Shown piece after piece: positions 1-8,118 of a stretch of 13,041 nucleotides of DNA. The stretch is from Myxococcota bacterium (GTDB lineage: Bacteria > Myxococcota > UBA4151): NCBI GenBank assembly GCA_040260805.1, contig JBDQPD010000100.1, positions 1-13,041 on the forward strand, in the 5' to 3' direction. The position numbers were made by a program, and so were the translations under genes. Under the pieces are notes generated by a model. That model did no database searches and was not told the DNA's origin. It was given only the letters and a program-made list of their open reading frames with translations. Position 1 is the first letter of the stretch. Each line of letters starts with the position of its first letter.

Positions 1-152
1 ACGTCATCAATGGCTTCATCCGGCACCCCGGCCCGAGCGATCAAGGCTTGCAGAACATGGGCGCCCAGATCTGCAGGGTGGACTTGGGCAAGACCTCCTC
101 GTCGTCGCCCCACCGGCGTGCGGACCGCATCGATCAGAAATGCCTCAGGCAT
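1..152 (-). CDS. fadA6: Thiolase (acetyl-CoA C-acyltransferase), FadA6-like; N-terminal 50 codons only, runs off the left edge
   Basis: Not in the ORF track. Manual translation from ATG at 152 gives MPEAFLIDAVRTPVGRRRGGLAQVHPADLGAHVLQALIARAGVPDEAIDD, a thiolase N-terminus resembling FadA6 (Rv3556c type, xEAYxxDAVRTxVGxRxGxLxxxHPxDLG). GAGGAG RBS at 158-163 (minus strand). Starts 2 nt after the upstream acyl-CoA dehydrogenase stop. HIP-cluster context. Confidence 0.85.
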   Translation of the reverse strand, partial: MPEAFLIDAVRTPVGRRRGGLAQVHPADLGAHVLQALIARAGVPDEAIDD

Positions 153-154
153 GT

Positions 155-1141
155 TTACTCCTCCAAGAGCCACGATTGAGCGCGCTGACGGTGCTCAGTT
201 TCGGGACCATGAGCATAGCGAAGCGCCCAGCTGCGTTTGAGCAGATGGTGCAAAGGGTACTCAAACGAATACCCCATAGCACCGTGCACCTGTAACGCCA
301 CGCGCTCAACCTCGCGCGCTGCTTTGGTCGCCAAAATCCAGGCGCCGCTGACACGGCCATCCGTCTCACGATCACCCTGGTCAAGCGTGTAGCAGGCTCG
401 CTGAACCATGGGCCGTGCGAACTCAAGCCCGATCAAGGCATTGGCGAGCTGATGCTTAACCGCTTGTTGTGCGCCCACGGGTTTTCCAAATTGCCGACGC
501 TCACTGACGTAGGCGACGCTCACATCCAGCGCGGCTTGGCTCAACCCTAAGAGCTGCAAAGCGTCGGCTAAAGCGAGCAGGTGACGAGATCGAGCGTAGA
601 GCGAGTTTGTCGGGTCGTGATGGCGCAAAGGACGACTATACTTTGAACCCACTAAACGCCCTAGCGGTCGGGCTCGATCGATGGTTTCGCTCAGCTCGAA
701 CTGGCAGTTACCATGCACCTGGGCGCCCTCTTCGTTGACCAAGAGGACCGAACTGATGCGCTCAGGGTGGGGGATTTTCTGCCCATCTAGACTCAAAGCA
801 AAGGTCAGCTCACCGCGTGCCGCTTGAGCCGATAGTTCAGCCTCGCCTTCGAGCAGAGTGGTTGCGATCAGGTGCTGCCCGATCCAATCAGGGAAGCAGT
901 GATAGCCTGCTTGCTCCAGAGCTGGCGCGAGGTCGAGCAACCCTTGACCGAGCCCACCCCAGGATTCGTCTATCGCCAAGCCCATCACACCGGCTTCGGC
1001 CATGGTCTTCGCTAAGCTGATCTCAGCGCTTAGATCGCCGGCCCAGGTCAACTCACGATGATCACTGGTCCAGTGACGTGCGGCGAGCTCCGACAGCGCC
1101 TCTGCCCAGGCGCGCTGGTCTTCGGTGAAGCTAAATCGCAT
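155..1141 (-). CDS. fadE32: Acyl-CoA dehydrogenase, short subunit of a heteromeric ACAD, FadE32-like
   Basis: 328 aa; ACAD C-terminal motifs ERRQFGKPVGAQQAVKHQLA and ALQVHGAMGYSFE; reduced N-terminal/middle domains as in the beta subunits of alpha2beta2 steroid ACADs; directly downstream of the fadE31-like gene. Confidence 0.78.
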   Translation of the reverse strand: MRFSFTEDQRAWAEALSELAARHWTSDHRELTWAGDLSAEISLAKTMAEAGVMGLAIDESWGGLGQGLLDLAPALEQAGYHCFPDWIGQHLIATTLLEGEAELSAQAARGELTFALSLDGQKIPHPERISSVLLVNEEGAQVHGNCQFELSETIDRARPLGRLVGSKYSRPLRHHDPTNSLYARSRHLLALADALQLLGLSQAALDVSVAYVSERRQFGKPVGAQQAVKHQLANALIGLEFARPMVQRACYTLDQGDRETDGRVSGAWILATKAAREVERVALQVHGAMGYSFEYPLHHLLKRSWALRYAHGPETEHRQRAQSWLLEE

Positions 1142-1144
1142 GAC

Positions 1145-2269
1145 TTACCGCCTCGGCAGCCCGAGCACTCGCTCGGCTATGATCTTACGCTGAATCTCGT
1201 TGGTTCCAGCGTAGATGGGTCCAGCCAAGCTGAATTGGTAACCTTTAAGCCACTCACTCTCGAGCGCTGAATCTTCACCTAAAATCGCAAGGGCTGTTTC
1301 GTGCAATTCAATATCAAGTTCAGACCAAAAGACCTTCATTAGGCTCGACCTTGACCCAAGCTCTTCGCCCTGACTCATGGCCGTCACCGCCGCATCAGTG
1401 AACAGTCGATAAGCCTCTGCCTTAAGCGCTGAGTCCAAACATCGTTGGTCGAGATAGGGATCTGTATCTCGGCTGATCCTCAGCGCGTTGAGACGCTCGG
1501 CTGCTGCAACGAAGCGTCCAGGGCTTCTCAGCGTCAGCCCTCGCTCCGATGAGGTGGTCGCCATCGCCACGCGCCATCCTTCTCCCACGCCCCCAATGAC
1601 TGCTTCATCAGTAACAAAGAGTCCGTCGAAGAAGACCTCGGCGAAGCCCTCATCGCCATCGAGCCGACCAAAGCCACGCACTTCAACACCTTCGCCGGTG
1701 AGCGGCGCCATCATGTAGGTCAGCCCTTGATGGCGCTCAGAGTCGGGGTCGGATCGAAAGAGCCCAAAGCACGCGTCGCAAAACGCGGCGCGCGTGCACC
1801 AAGTTTTTTGACCATAAAGTCGCCATCCGCCGTCGACACGAACCGCCTTGCTGCGCACCGCCGCTAAATCAGAACCTGCTCCGGGCTCTGACCAGGCTTG
1901 AGCCCAGAGGGTTTGCGCCGAAGCCATCGCCGGTAAGATGCAGTCCTTTTGCGAGGGCGTGCCAAATTCAAAAAGCGTTGGTGCGAGCAAGAAGATCCCG
2001 TTTTGGGTCACTCGCTGCGGGCCGTTGGCTCGATAATATTCTTCTTCAAAGATGAGCCATTGCCGGATCGAGGCTTCTCGCCCGCCATAAGCCTTAGGCC
2101 AGCTCACGACCGCCCAGCCCGCTTCGAACAGCTTACGCTCCCAGACTAAATGCTGAGCGAAGCCCTCGGCGGTGTCTCCGCTCGCAAGGTCCTTGGGGAC
2201 GTGCTCGCTAAGCCAAGCTCGAGCTTCGGCACGAAAGGCAGCATCATGTAGGTTTTCGCGTAGGTCCAA
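1145..2269 (-). CDS. fadE31: Acyl-CoA dehydrogenase, FadE31-like (probable catalytic subunit)
   Basis: 374 aa, TTG start directly abutting the echA13 stop. Motifs GFAQHLVWERKLFEAG, WLIFEEEYYRA, WAQAWSEPGAGSDLA, SERGLTLRSPGRF, KVFWSELD and GPIYAGTNEIQR closely resemble FadE31 (Rv3562) as remembered. Confidence 0.85.
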   Translation of the reverse strand: MDLRENLHDAAFRAEARAWLSEHVPKDLASGDTAEGFAQHLVWERKLFEAGWAVVSWPKAYGGREASIRQWLIFEEEYYRANGPQRVTQNGIFLLAPTLFEFGTPSQKDCILPAMASAQTLWAQAWSEPGAGSDLAAVRSKAVRVDGGWRLYGQKTWCTRAAFCDACFGLFRSDPDSERHQGLTYMMAPLTGEGVEVRGFGRLDGDEGFAEVFFDGLFVTDEAVIGGVGEGWRVAMATTSSERGLTLRSPGRFVAAAERLNALRISRDTDPYLDQRCLDSALKAEAYRLFTDAAVTAMSQGEELGSRSSLMKVFWSELDIELHETALAILGEDSALESEWLKGYQFSLAGPIYAGTNEIQRKIIAERVLGLPRR

Positions 2270-3109
2270 TCACTCGTCCTTTAGGCTGGTCTTGATGCTC
2301 TTGACGTCCTCGCCGCCCAGATAATCCGTAGCGGCTGCGTTGTGGGCGTGAGCGAAATGATGAAGACCGTAGGCATGCTCGATGGTGTCGCGCAGCCCCA
2401 TGCGGTCTTCCGCTTGATTGATCACCATCTTGGTCAAAGCGAGCCCCATGCGCGGCATCCGGGCGATCCGCCGGGCAAGGTCTTGGACCTCGTCATCGAG
2501 CGCCTCGTTGGCGACGCAGCGGTTGATCATGCCTGCTTTTTCGGCTCGCTGCGCAGACAGGCGCGCCCCGGTAAATAAGAACTCCTTGGCGAGCCTCGGG
2601 TTGAGCTGATGGGCGTGAGCGAACCATTCCACACCGGGGATCCCCATACGAACGACCGGGTCGGCGAAGAAGGCATCCTCGCTCGCAACGATCAAATCGC
2701 AGCACCAGGCGAGCATCAAACCACCTGCGACGCAGGCTCCTTGAACCTGCGCAATGGTTGGTTTGGGGACGGCGCGTAGGCGCTGGCACAGTCCAAGGTA
2801 TGCTTCTCGTTCGCGCACGAAGGTGCTCTCCGATTCACTCTTGTCCGAATGATCCCACCACTGCGTGGCGATACGCTCAAAGGCATCGGGGATGTCGCGC
2901 TCGTCAGTTCCGATGTCGTGTCCGGCGCTGAAATGATCACCCGCAGCACAAAGAATGATGACCTTGACCTCGTCATCGGCTGCTGCGCGCCCCATCGCCT
3001 GGTCAAGCGCTTGGAGCAAAGCGACATTTTGCGCATTTCGAACATCGGGTCGGTTAAGGGTGATTCGAGCGATGCCGTCATCGGATGAATACACGATCGG
3101 TTCAGTCAT
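2270..3109 (-). CDS. echA13: Enoyl-CoA hydratase (crotonase family), EchA13-like
   Basis: 279 aa; ITLNRPDVRNAQN, FSAGHDIG, KPTIAQVQGACVAGGLMLAWCCDLIVASEDAFFADPVVRMGIPGVEWFAH match the EchA13-type hydratases found in HIP clusters; 8-bp overlap with ipdC. Confidence 0.78.
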   Translation of the reverse strand: MTEPIVYSSDDGIARITLNRPDVRNAQNVALLQALDQAMGRAAADDEVKVIILCAAGDHFSAGHDIGTDERDIPDAFERIATQWWDHSDKSESESTFVREREAYLGLCQRLRAVPKPTIAQVQGACVAGGLMLAWCCDLIVASEDAFFADPVVRMGIPGVEWFAHAHQLNPRLAKEFLFTGARLSAQRAEKAGMINRCVANEALDDEVQDLARRIARMPRMGLALTKMVINQAEDRMGLRDTIEHAYGLHHFAHAHNAAATDYLGGEDVKSIKTSLKDE

Positions 3110-4166
3110 GTCGCACTCCAGAGAGATGGTTGAGCGTCTGGTTCGCTTCGCTCATGACCCGCTCGATTAAATCACATGCTTCGGGGAGCTCGCCGATCAA
3201 ACCGGCGACTTGGCCGGTGGGCAAGATGCCTGCACCAATTTGTCCTTGGACCATGGTTTGCTCGGTGAGCATGGGGGCGTTCGCTGCCGAGAGGGCTTGC
3301 GCCATACTCATCCCTTGATTCTTGCGCATCACAAGACCTGCGGACAGCAACCCAAAGAAGCCAACGCCCGTCGCTCGTTTAAAAGCTAAACCCGAGCGCA
3401 TGGCGAGCCAGAGACGCCCGAGCGCGCTGCGGCGCTCAAGATGGTTAACAAACGGGGTTCGAATCACCCGCTGCGGGTGTCCATCGATCCTCGTCGAGAC
3501 GGTCGTATCGGTTACCGAAGCCTCAAGATAGCGTGCTTTAATCGCGTCCGGAACCGGGCTTTCTTGGGTGAGCAAGAAGCGGGTACCCATGGCGATCCCG
3601 GCGGCGCCAAACCCAAGCGCAGCCACCAGGCCACGGCCGCAGCGAAAGCCGCCCGCTGCGAGGACTGGGATGTCGACCGCCTCGACCACATCGGGGAGCA
3701 ATAAGCTGGTGGGGACAGGCCCTGTATGCCCGCCCCCTTCATGACCTTGAGCGATCAGCGCATCGACGCCCCATTCAGCCACCTTTTCGGCGTGCCTTCG
3801 CTTGCCCACGGTCGGCATCACCAAGACATTTTCATCTTTGAGTCGGGCGATAAGGTCCCGCTTAGGGGCTGCCGCAAAGCTCGCTAAACAGACCCTCTTT
3901 TGGATCAGCAGATCGACCCGCTCTCGAGCGTCTGGAGCGTCAGCGCGCAGGTTGACTCCAAAGGGGCGATCGGTCGCGGCTTGGACGGCGTCGATGCTAG
4001 CCTTTAGCTCCTCTAAGCTCAGGGTCGCTCCGGCTAAAATACCAAAGGCGCCAGCCTCGCTGACCGCAGCCACTAAAGGTGGAGTAGCGACCCACCCCAT
4101 GCCGGTTTGAACGATCGGAACCTGGCACCCGGTCAGCTCACAAAATGCGCTTCGGATGCCCATCAT
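3102..4166 (-). CDS. ipdC: IpdC, FMN-dependent oxidoreductase (nitronate monooxygenase/FabK-like fold) of HIP catabolism
   Basis: 354 aa; PIVQTGMGWVA, PFGVNLRADAPDA, QGHEGGGHTGPVPT, GIAMGTRFLLT, AANAPML, AGILPTGQVAG resemble Rv3553; ATGA overlap with ipdB. Confidence 0.88.
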   Translation of the reverse strand: MMGIRSAFCELTGCQVPIVQTGMGWVATPPLVAAVSEAGAFGILAGATLSLEELKASIDAVQAATDRPFGVNLRADAPDARERVDLLIQKRVCLASFAAAPKRDLIARLKDENVLVMPTVGKRRHAEKVAEWGVDALIAQGHEGGGHTGPVPTSLLLPDVVEAVDIPVLAAGGFRCGRGLVAALGFGAAGIAMGTRFLLTQESPVPDAIKARYLEASVTDTTVSTRIDGHPQRVIRTPFVNHLERRSALGRLWLAMRSGLAFKRATGVGFFGLLSAGLVMRKNQGMSMAQALSAANAPMLTEQTMVQGQIGAGILPTGQVAGLIGELPEACDLIERVMSEANQTLNHLSGVRHD

Positions 4167-4885
4167 TTTGGAACCTCAATGTAGCGCTTCTCCTCAGGGT
4201 CGAGCTCCGCAATCCATTTCAATTCTTGGGCGGTCGGAAGCCGCGTTTGAGGAGCATTTGAGGCCTCTAGTTTAAAGCTGCTGGCCGTTTGCAGTTCCTC
4301 GGCTTCGACGCCCGGATGGAGACTCAAGACGATCATCTTCCCATCGGGTCCAAAGCCGAAAACGCCGAGATTGGTAACGACCCGATGCAGATCATGATGG
4401 CGGGCGAGCCGTGAGCCGAGCGCTTTAGCTCGGTCGTTCCCGACACCGCAGACCAAGTCGACGGCGTCGCAGAAGATGCGCGCAGATTGTTTGGGCACCC
4501 AATATGAGGTGCGATGATACAGCGTATTACCGGGCGCTCCTCGCGCACCGATCAGCATGGCTTTGGGCGCCTCGAAGGGTCCAATACAGCTGATGTTTTG
4601 GTTGCCAAAGGCATCGATTTGGCTGGCGCCCATCATGACGTGACGCTTGGTCGACCAGAGCAGATGAAAGACCTCTCGGTAGGGCAGGTGCGCCTCGGCG
4701 AACCCTTCGTCGGTGGTCAGCGTCGCCACGCCATCACTGAGCATCAGCTGAGGAGAGGTGGTCCTGCGCGCGAGCCGAGCCCCAATCGATGGAATCCAAC
4801 CCATCGGGCTCGCTACGATCTCGTCCTCGGTCGCAAAAGCATCAGCGACCGCAGCGACGCAGACGTCCGCTCGGTGCACGGTCAT
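4163..4885 (-). CDS. ipdB: IpdB, beta subunit of the ring-C-cleaving COCHEA-CoA hydrolase (CoA-transferase fold)
   Basis: 240 aa; RADVCVAA, SPMG..GARLAR, RHVMMGASQIDAFGNQNISCIG, GARGAPGNT, RVVTNLGVF, SLHPGV, TRLPT resemble Rv3552; ATGA overlap with ipdA. Confidence 0.92.
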   Translation of the reverse strand: MTVHRADVCVAAVADAFATEDEIVASPMGWIPSIGARLARRTTSPQLMLSDGVATLTTDEGFAEAHLPYREVFHLLWSTKRHVMMGASQIDAFGNQNISCIGPFEAPKAMLIGARGAPGNTLYHRTSYWVPKQSARIFCDAVDLVCGVGNDRAKALGSRLARHHDLHRVVTNLGVFGFGPDGKMIVLSLHPGVEAEELQTASSFKLEASNAPQTRLPTAQELKWIAELDPEEKRYIEVPK

Positions 4886-5706
4886 GGCTGGCTCCCAAAG
4901 AAGCGCGCCTCAAAGGCAGCCCAGGCAGCCTCGTCTTTAGCGCCTTGTGCGTAGAGCTTTTGTAAGGCTTCGTCGCGCTCATAATCGGGCGGACATTCGG
5001 TGAAGCCTGCTCCGCCGGGCGCCTCGATCACCGCGTGAACATGGAGCCGAGCGATGGACTCGCTTTGGTAGGTAGCCTCACCAAAGAGTTGGTCGGTTTC
5101 GACCACCTTTTCACAGCTCATATAGGTGTGTTTAGCGGCTTGAGCGTAGAGTTGATCAAAGTACGGGTCGGGTCCGAGAATCACACCATTACCCGCAGCG
5201 TCAGCGCGATGAACGTGGATTAAAGCGGCGTCGAGTTTGATCGCTGGAACCGCCACTAAATCTTCGCAGTCCGCGTAGGGTGAGCGCACCTTTTTGACTT
5301 GGGGGAGGTGGTTTAAGATGTCCGACCCTAAACCCGCTCGGGTTGGCAAAAATGGGAGGTGAAGCGCCGCAGCATAGAGCCCCCACCACAACATCCCCTC
5401 ATCCATCTCAAGCGCCTCGAACTCGCCCCGTTGACGCGCCGCACGAAAATACGGCTCTAAGGGGATCGAGTCGAGCGAGACAAAACCGTAGAGCAACCTT
5501 TTGATCTTTCGCGCTCTGGCGAGCAGGCCCACATCAGGCCCGCCATAGCTCACGATGGTCAGATCTTTGAGTGGGCTCTCAAGCAGCGCTCGAACGAGCG
5601 CCATCGGCTTACGTCTCGAGCCCCAACCGCCGATTCCAACCGTCATACCGTCTTCAAGCTCGGCGATCGCTTCATGAGCGCTCATGCATTTGTCCGGACG
5701 GCTCAT
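4882..5706 (-). CDS. ipdA: IpdA, alpha subunit of the ring-C-cleaving COCHEA-CoA hydrolase (CoA-transferase fold)
   Basis: 274 aa; GMTVGIGGWGSRRKPMALVRALL, YGGPDVGLL, YGFVSLDS, EMDEGML (includes the conserved catalytic Glu), LPFLPTRAGLGS, DPYFD resemble Rv3551; ATGA overlap with echA20. Confidence 0.93.
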   Translation of the reverse strand: MSRPDKCMSAHEAIAELEDGMTVGIGGWGSRRKPMALVRALLESPLKDLTIVSYGGPDVGLLARARKIKRLLYGFVSLDSIPLEPYFRAARQRGEFEALEMDEGMLWWGLYAAALHLPFLPTRAGLGSDILNHLPQVKKVRSPYADCEDLVAVPAIKLDAALIHVHRADAAGNGVILGPDPYFDQLYAQAAKHTYMSCEKVVETDQLFGEATYQSESIARLHVHAVIEAPGGAGFTECPPDYERDEALQKLYAQGAKDEAAWAAFEARFFGSQP

Positions 5707-6449
5707 TCTTTGCTGCTCACAAATGCGTCGCGTGCTTCGTCGCCATGCCCGCTTAGGTTCAATTCAAAGGTGTACCCTTGCTCATAGCGATAACTGCGAT
5801 GGACATCGACGGGATCGATTCCGTTGAGACAGGATTTAGCGGCGCGTAAGACCTTCGGGTCTTTGCTGGCGAGCTTAGCTGCCCAACGCATCGCTTCCTC
5901 TCGAAGCGCTCCGGGCTCGACCACCGATTGGACTGAACCATAGCGGGAAAGCTCTTCAGCCCCAATTCGCTCTCCGGTAAAGACCAGGCTGCGAAGGCGC
6001 TGCGGCGTCGGCACCAAGCGAGCGAGCTGGGTCGCTCCTCCTAAAGCGCCTCGATCCACTTCGGGCAAGCCAAAGGTGGCGTCGCTCGATGCGATCACCA
6101 GATCCGCGTTGCCGACCAAGCCGATACCCCCGCCTAGGCAATACCCATGCACCGCAGCGACGACCGGCACTTCACATTCGTAGACCGCCTTAAACGCAGC
6201 AAAGCAGGCTGTGTTCACCGCCAAGAGCTCGTCATGCCCGGGCGAGTTTTGGCAGGCTTTCAAGTCGACGCCCGCATTAAACCCTCGCCCTTCAGCGCGC
6301 AGAATCACGGCACAAACGCTCGAAACTTGCCCTGCTGCTTCGATCGCACGAGCCAATTCAAACCAGCCTTTGCTGTCCAAAGCGTTGACCGGCGGGCGAT
6401 CGACGATCACCTCAGCAATGGCTCCATCGATGAGCGTATTAATGGTCAT
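5703..6449 (-). CDS. echA20: EchA20, ring-D-opening enoyl-CoA hydratase/hydrolase (HIEC-CoA)
   Basis: 248 aa from ATG 6449 (MTINTLIDG...); GAGGA lies upstream, and the ORF-track start at 6521 would run through the promoter. PPVNAL..GWFELA, ILRAEGRGFNAGVD, CFAAFKAVYEC, GGGIGLVGNAD, FGLPEVDRGALG, SYRYEQGYTFELNL resemble Rv3550. Confidence 0.92.
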   Translation of the reverse strand: MTINTLIDGAIAEVIVDRPPVNALDSKGWFELARAIEAAGQVSSVCAVILRAEGRGFNAGVDLKACQNSPGHDELLAVNTACFAAFKAVYECEVPVVAAVHGYCLGGGIGLVGNADLVIASSDATFGLPEVDRGALGGATQLARLVPTPQRLRSLVFTGERIGAEELSRYGSVQSVVEPGALREEAMRWAAKLASKDPKVLRAAKSCLNGIDPVDVHRSYRYEQGYTFELNLSGHGDEARDAFVSSKE

Positions 6450-6481
6450 AAAAGTGGTGATCCTCTGCGGCTTGCTTCTGC

Positions 6482-6511
6482 AGAATGAAACGTGTTTCAG
6501 TTTGTCGTCAA
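6482..6511 (-). promoter_or_regulatory. Putative sigma70-type promoter for the echA20-ipdABC operon
   Basis: Minus strand reads TTGACG (6511-6506), 18 nt, CATTCT (6487-6482); the palindrome fills the spacer and overlaps the -10 hexamer. Confidence 0.5.
6486..6499. promoter_or_regulatory. Palindromic operator TGAAAC-GT-GTTTCA matching the KstR (TetR family) consensus TnnAACnnGTTnnA
   Basis: Perfect 6-bp inverted repeat with a 2-nt spacer in the middle of the 73-bp divergent echA20/fadD3 gap; all 8 consensus positions match. Confidence 0.75.
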
Positions 6512-6522
6512 GGGAGCGCATA

Positions 6523-8118
6523 ATGAACGATTTTGATCGCTCGGGATGCCGTGGTGATCAGGCTTATCAGAGTCTGCCAAACCTCGTCCATTTAGCCGCC
6601 GATTTTCATGCGGACCGAGTGTTTATTGAAGACGGTCAAACCACGATTCATTTTAGCGAATTGCCAGCCTTGGTCGACGCCGCTAGCGCATCGCTGATCG
6701 CGCTCGGGGTCGAGCACGGTGATCGAGTAGCTATTTGGGCGCCAAATCACCCGCAATGGATTATCGCAGCGCTCGCTATTCAAAGTGTCGGCGCTGCCCT
6801 GGTTCCGATCAACACTCGCTACCGAGGCGATGAAGCGAGCTATATCCTCGCCAAAAGCGGCGCTCGCATTGTGATCACCATCGAGGGCTTTTTAGACACC
6901 GATTATTTGTCGCTGCTCGAGGCTGCTGAGGATCAACCCGAGTTAAGCCACAGGGTCTTGCTGGAGGGCGCCTCGGATCAGGCCTTAGGTTGGGCTGAGT
7001 TTCTCGAGCTCGGCTCGACGGTCTCGACTCAGGTGGTTGCCGAGCGCCGCCAAGCAGTGAAACCGAGTGATCTTTGCGATATCTTGTTTACCTCGGGCAC
7101 CACAGGGCAACCCAAAGGTGTTGAATGCACGCACGCCCAGACTCTGCGCGTCTTTCGTGACTGGTCCGAGGTGGTCGGCTTGTGCGCCAGCGATCGTTAT
7201 CTGGTGGCGATGCCCTTCTTTCACGCCTTCGGCTACAAGGCGGGTTGGCTGGCGTGTCTGATGATGGGTGCCACGGTTTTACCCGAGCCTGTTTTTGATC
7301 CTGAGCGCTTGTTGCGGCGAGTAGGTAGGGACTCAGTGAGTGTGCTGCCTGGTCCTCCGGCGCTTTATCAGTCGATTTTAGCGCGCGCTGATCTGTCTGA
7401 TTTTGATCTGTCCCCCTTGCGGCTTGCGGTGACCGGTGCGGCGGTGATTCCGGTGACTTTGATCAAGGAAATGCATGATCGCTTGGGCTTTGAGACGGTG
7501 ATCACTGGCTATGGTCTGACGGAGACCACCGGCGTGGTGACCATGTGTCGGCATGATGATGACCCTGAGACGATCGCCACCACCTCAGGGCGCGCTATTC
7601 CTGGGGTCAAGGTCAAGGTCGTGCGCCGTGATGGCAGCGAGGCGGCTCGCGGCGAGGCGGGCGAGATTTTGGTGCGTGGCTACAACGTGATGCGTGCCTA
7701 TTGGGACGAGCCAGAGCACACTGCGCAGACCGTTAACGAAGAAGGTTATTTGCACACAGGCGACATCGGAATCCTTGACGGACGTGGTTACGTTCGGATC
7801 ACCGATCGTAAGAAAGACATGGTCATCGTCGGTGGGTTTAATGTGTATCCAGCTGAGATCGAGCAGGTGCTGTGCCGCCACGAAGGGGTAGCCCAAGCTG
7901 CCGTGATTGGTGTCTCGGAAGATCGCTTGGGTGAGGTCTGCAAAGCCTTTGTCGTCGCTCGTGAGGGCTACCAAGGATCGAGTGATGAGCTGTTCGAGTT
8001 TTGCCGCGCTCGAATCGCTAACTTTAAAGTGCCTCGCAGCTTTGTTTGGCTGGATGCGCTACCCATGAACGCGAGCGGTAAAGTGCAGAAATTTAAACTT
8101 CGGGATCTTGAATCATGA
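6523..8118 (+). CDS. fadD3: FadD3-like HIP-CoA synthetase (acyl-CoA ligase, AMP-binding family)
   Basis: 531 aa from ATG 6523 with AGGGAG RBS at 6511-6516. DILFTSGTTGQPKGV, DRYLVAMPFFHAFGYKAGWLACL (FadD3-type PFFHxFGYKAG), GYGLTE, HTGDIG, DRKKDMVIVGGFNVYPAEIE, NASGKVQK. The ORF-track start at 6211 overlaps echA20 and is rejected. Confidence 0.88.
   Translation: MNDFDRSGCRGDQAYQSLPNLVHLAADFHADRVFIEDGQTTIHFSELPALVDAASASLIALGVEHGDRVAIWAPNHPQWIIAALAIQSVGAALVPINTRYRGDEASYILAKSGARIVITIEGFLDTDYLSLLEAAEDQPELSHRVLLEGASDQALGWAEFLELGSTVSTQVVAERRQAVKPSDLCDILFTSGTTGQPKGVECTHAQTLRVFRDWSEVVGLCASDRYLVAMPFFHAFGYKAGWLACLMMGATVLPEPVFDPERLLRRVGRDSVSVLPGPPALYQSILARADLSDFDLSPLRLAVTGAAVIPVTLIKEMHDRLGFETVITGYGLTETTGVVTMCRHDDDPETIATTSGRAIPGVKVKVVRRDGSEAARGEAGEILVRGYNVMRAYWDEPEHTAQTVNEEGYLHTGDIGILDGRGYVRITDRKKDMVIVGGFNVYPAEIEQVLCRHEGVAQAAVIGVSEDRLGEVCKAFVVAREGYQGSSDELFEFCRARIANFKVPRSFVWLDALPMNASGKVQKFKLRDLES

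Noticed and set aside
10..240. Plus-strand 76-aa ORF
   Set aside because: Antisense shadow of the fadA6 start and fadE32 end; no recognisable motifs.
3102..4166. Annotating ipdC as a true nitronate monooxygenase linked to the P460 cytochrome in nitrogen-oxide metabolism
   Set aside because: Sequence and position match IpdC of HIP catabolism; the nitronate monooxygenase label reflects the fold only.
4163..5706. Annotating IpdAB as an ordinary CoA-transferase (glutaconate or 3-oxoadipate type)
   Set aside because: The GWGSRRKPMA and GNQNIS motifs and the echA20/ipdC context point to IpdAB, a ring-cleaving hydrolase with a CoA-transferase fold.
6463..6476. Possible KstR2 operator
   Set aside because: Only the CTTGCT half-site is present; the partner AnCAAG half is missing.
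6450..6521. 24-codon N-terminal extension of echA20
   Set aside because: Covers the operator and promoter; similarity to EchA20 begins at Met 6449.
6211..6522. 104-codon N-terminal extension of fadD3 in the ORF track
   Set aside because: Overlaps echA20 on the opposite strand and the divergent promoter; ATG 6523 has a good RBS and gives a normal ligase length.
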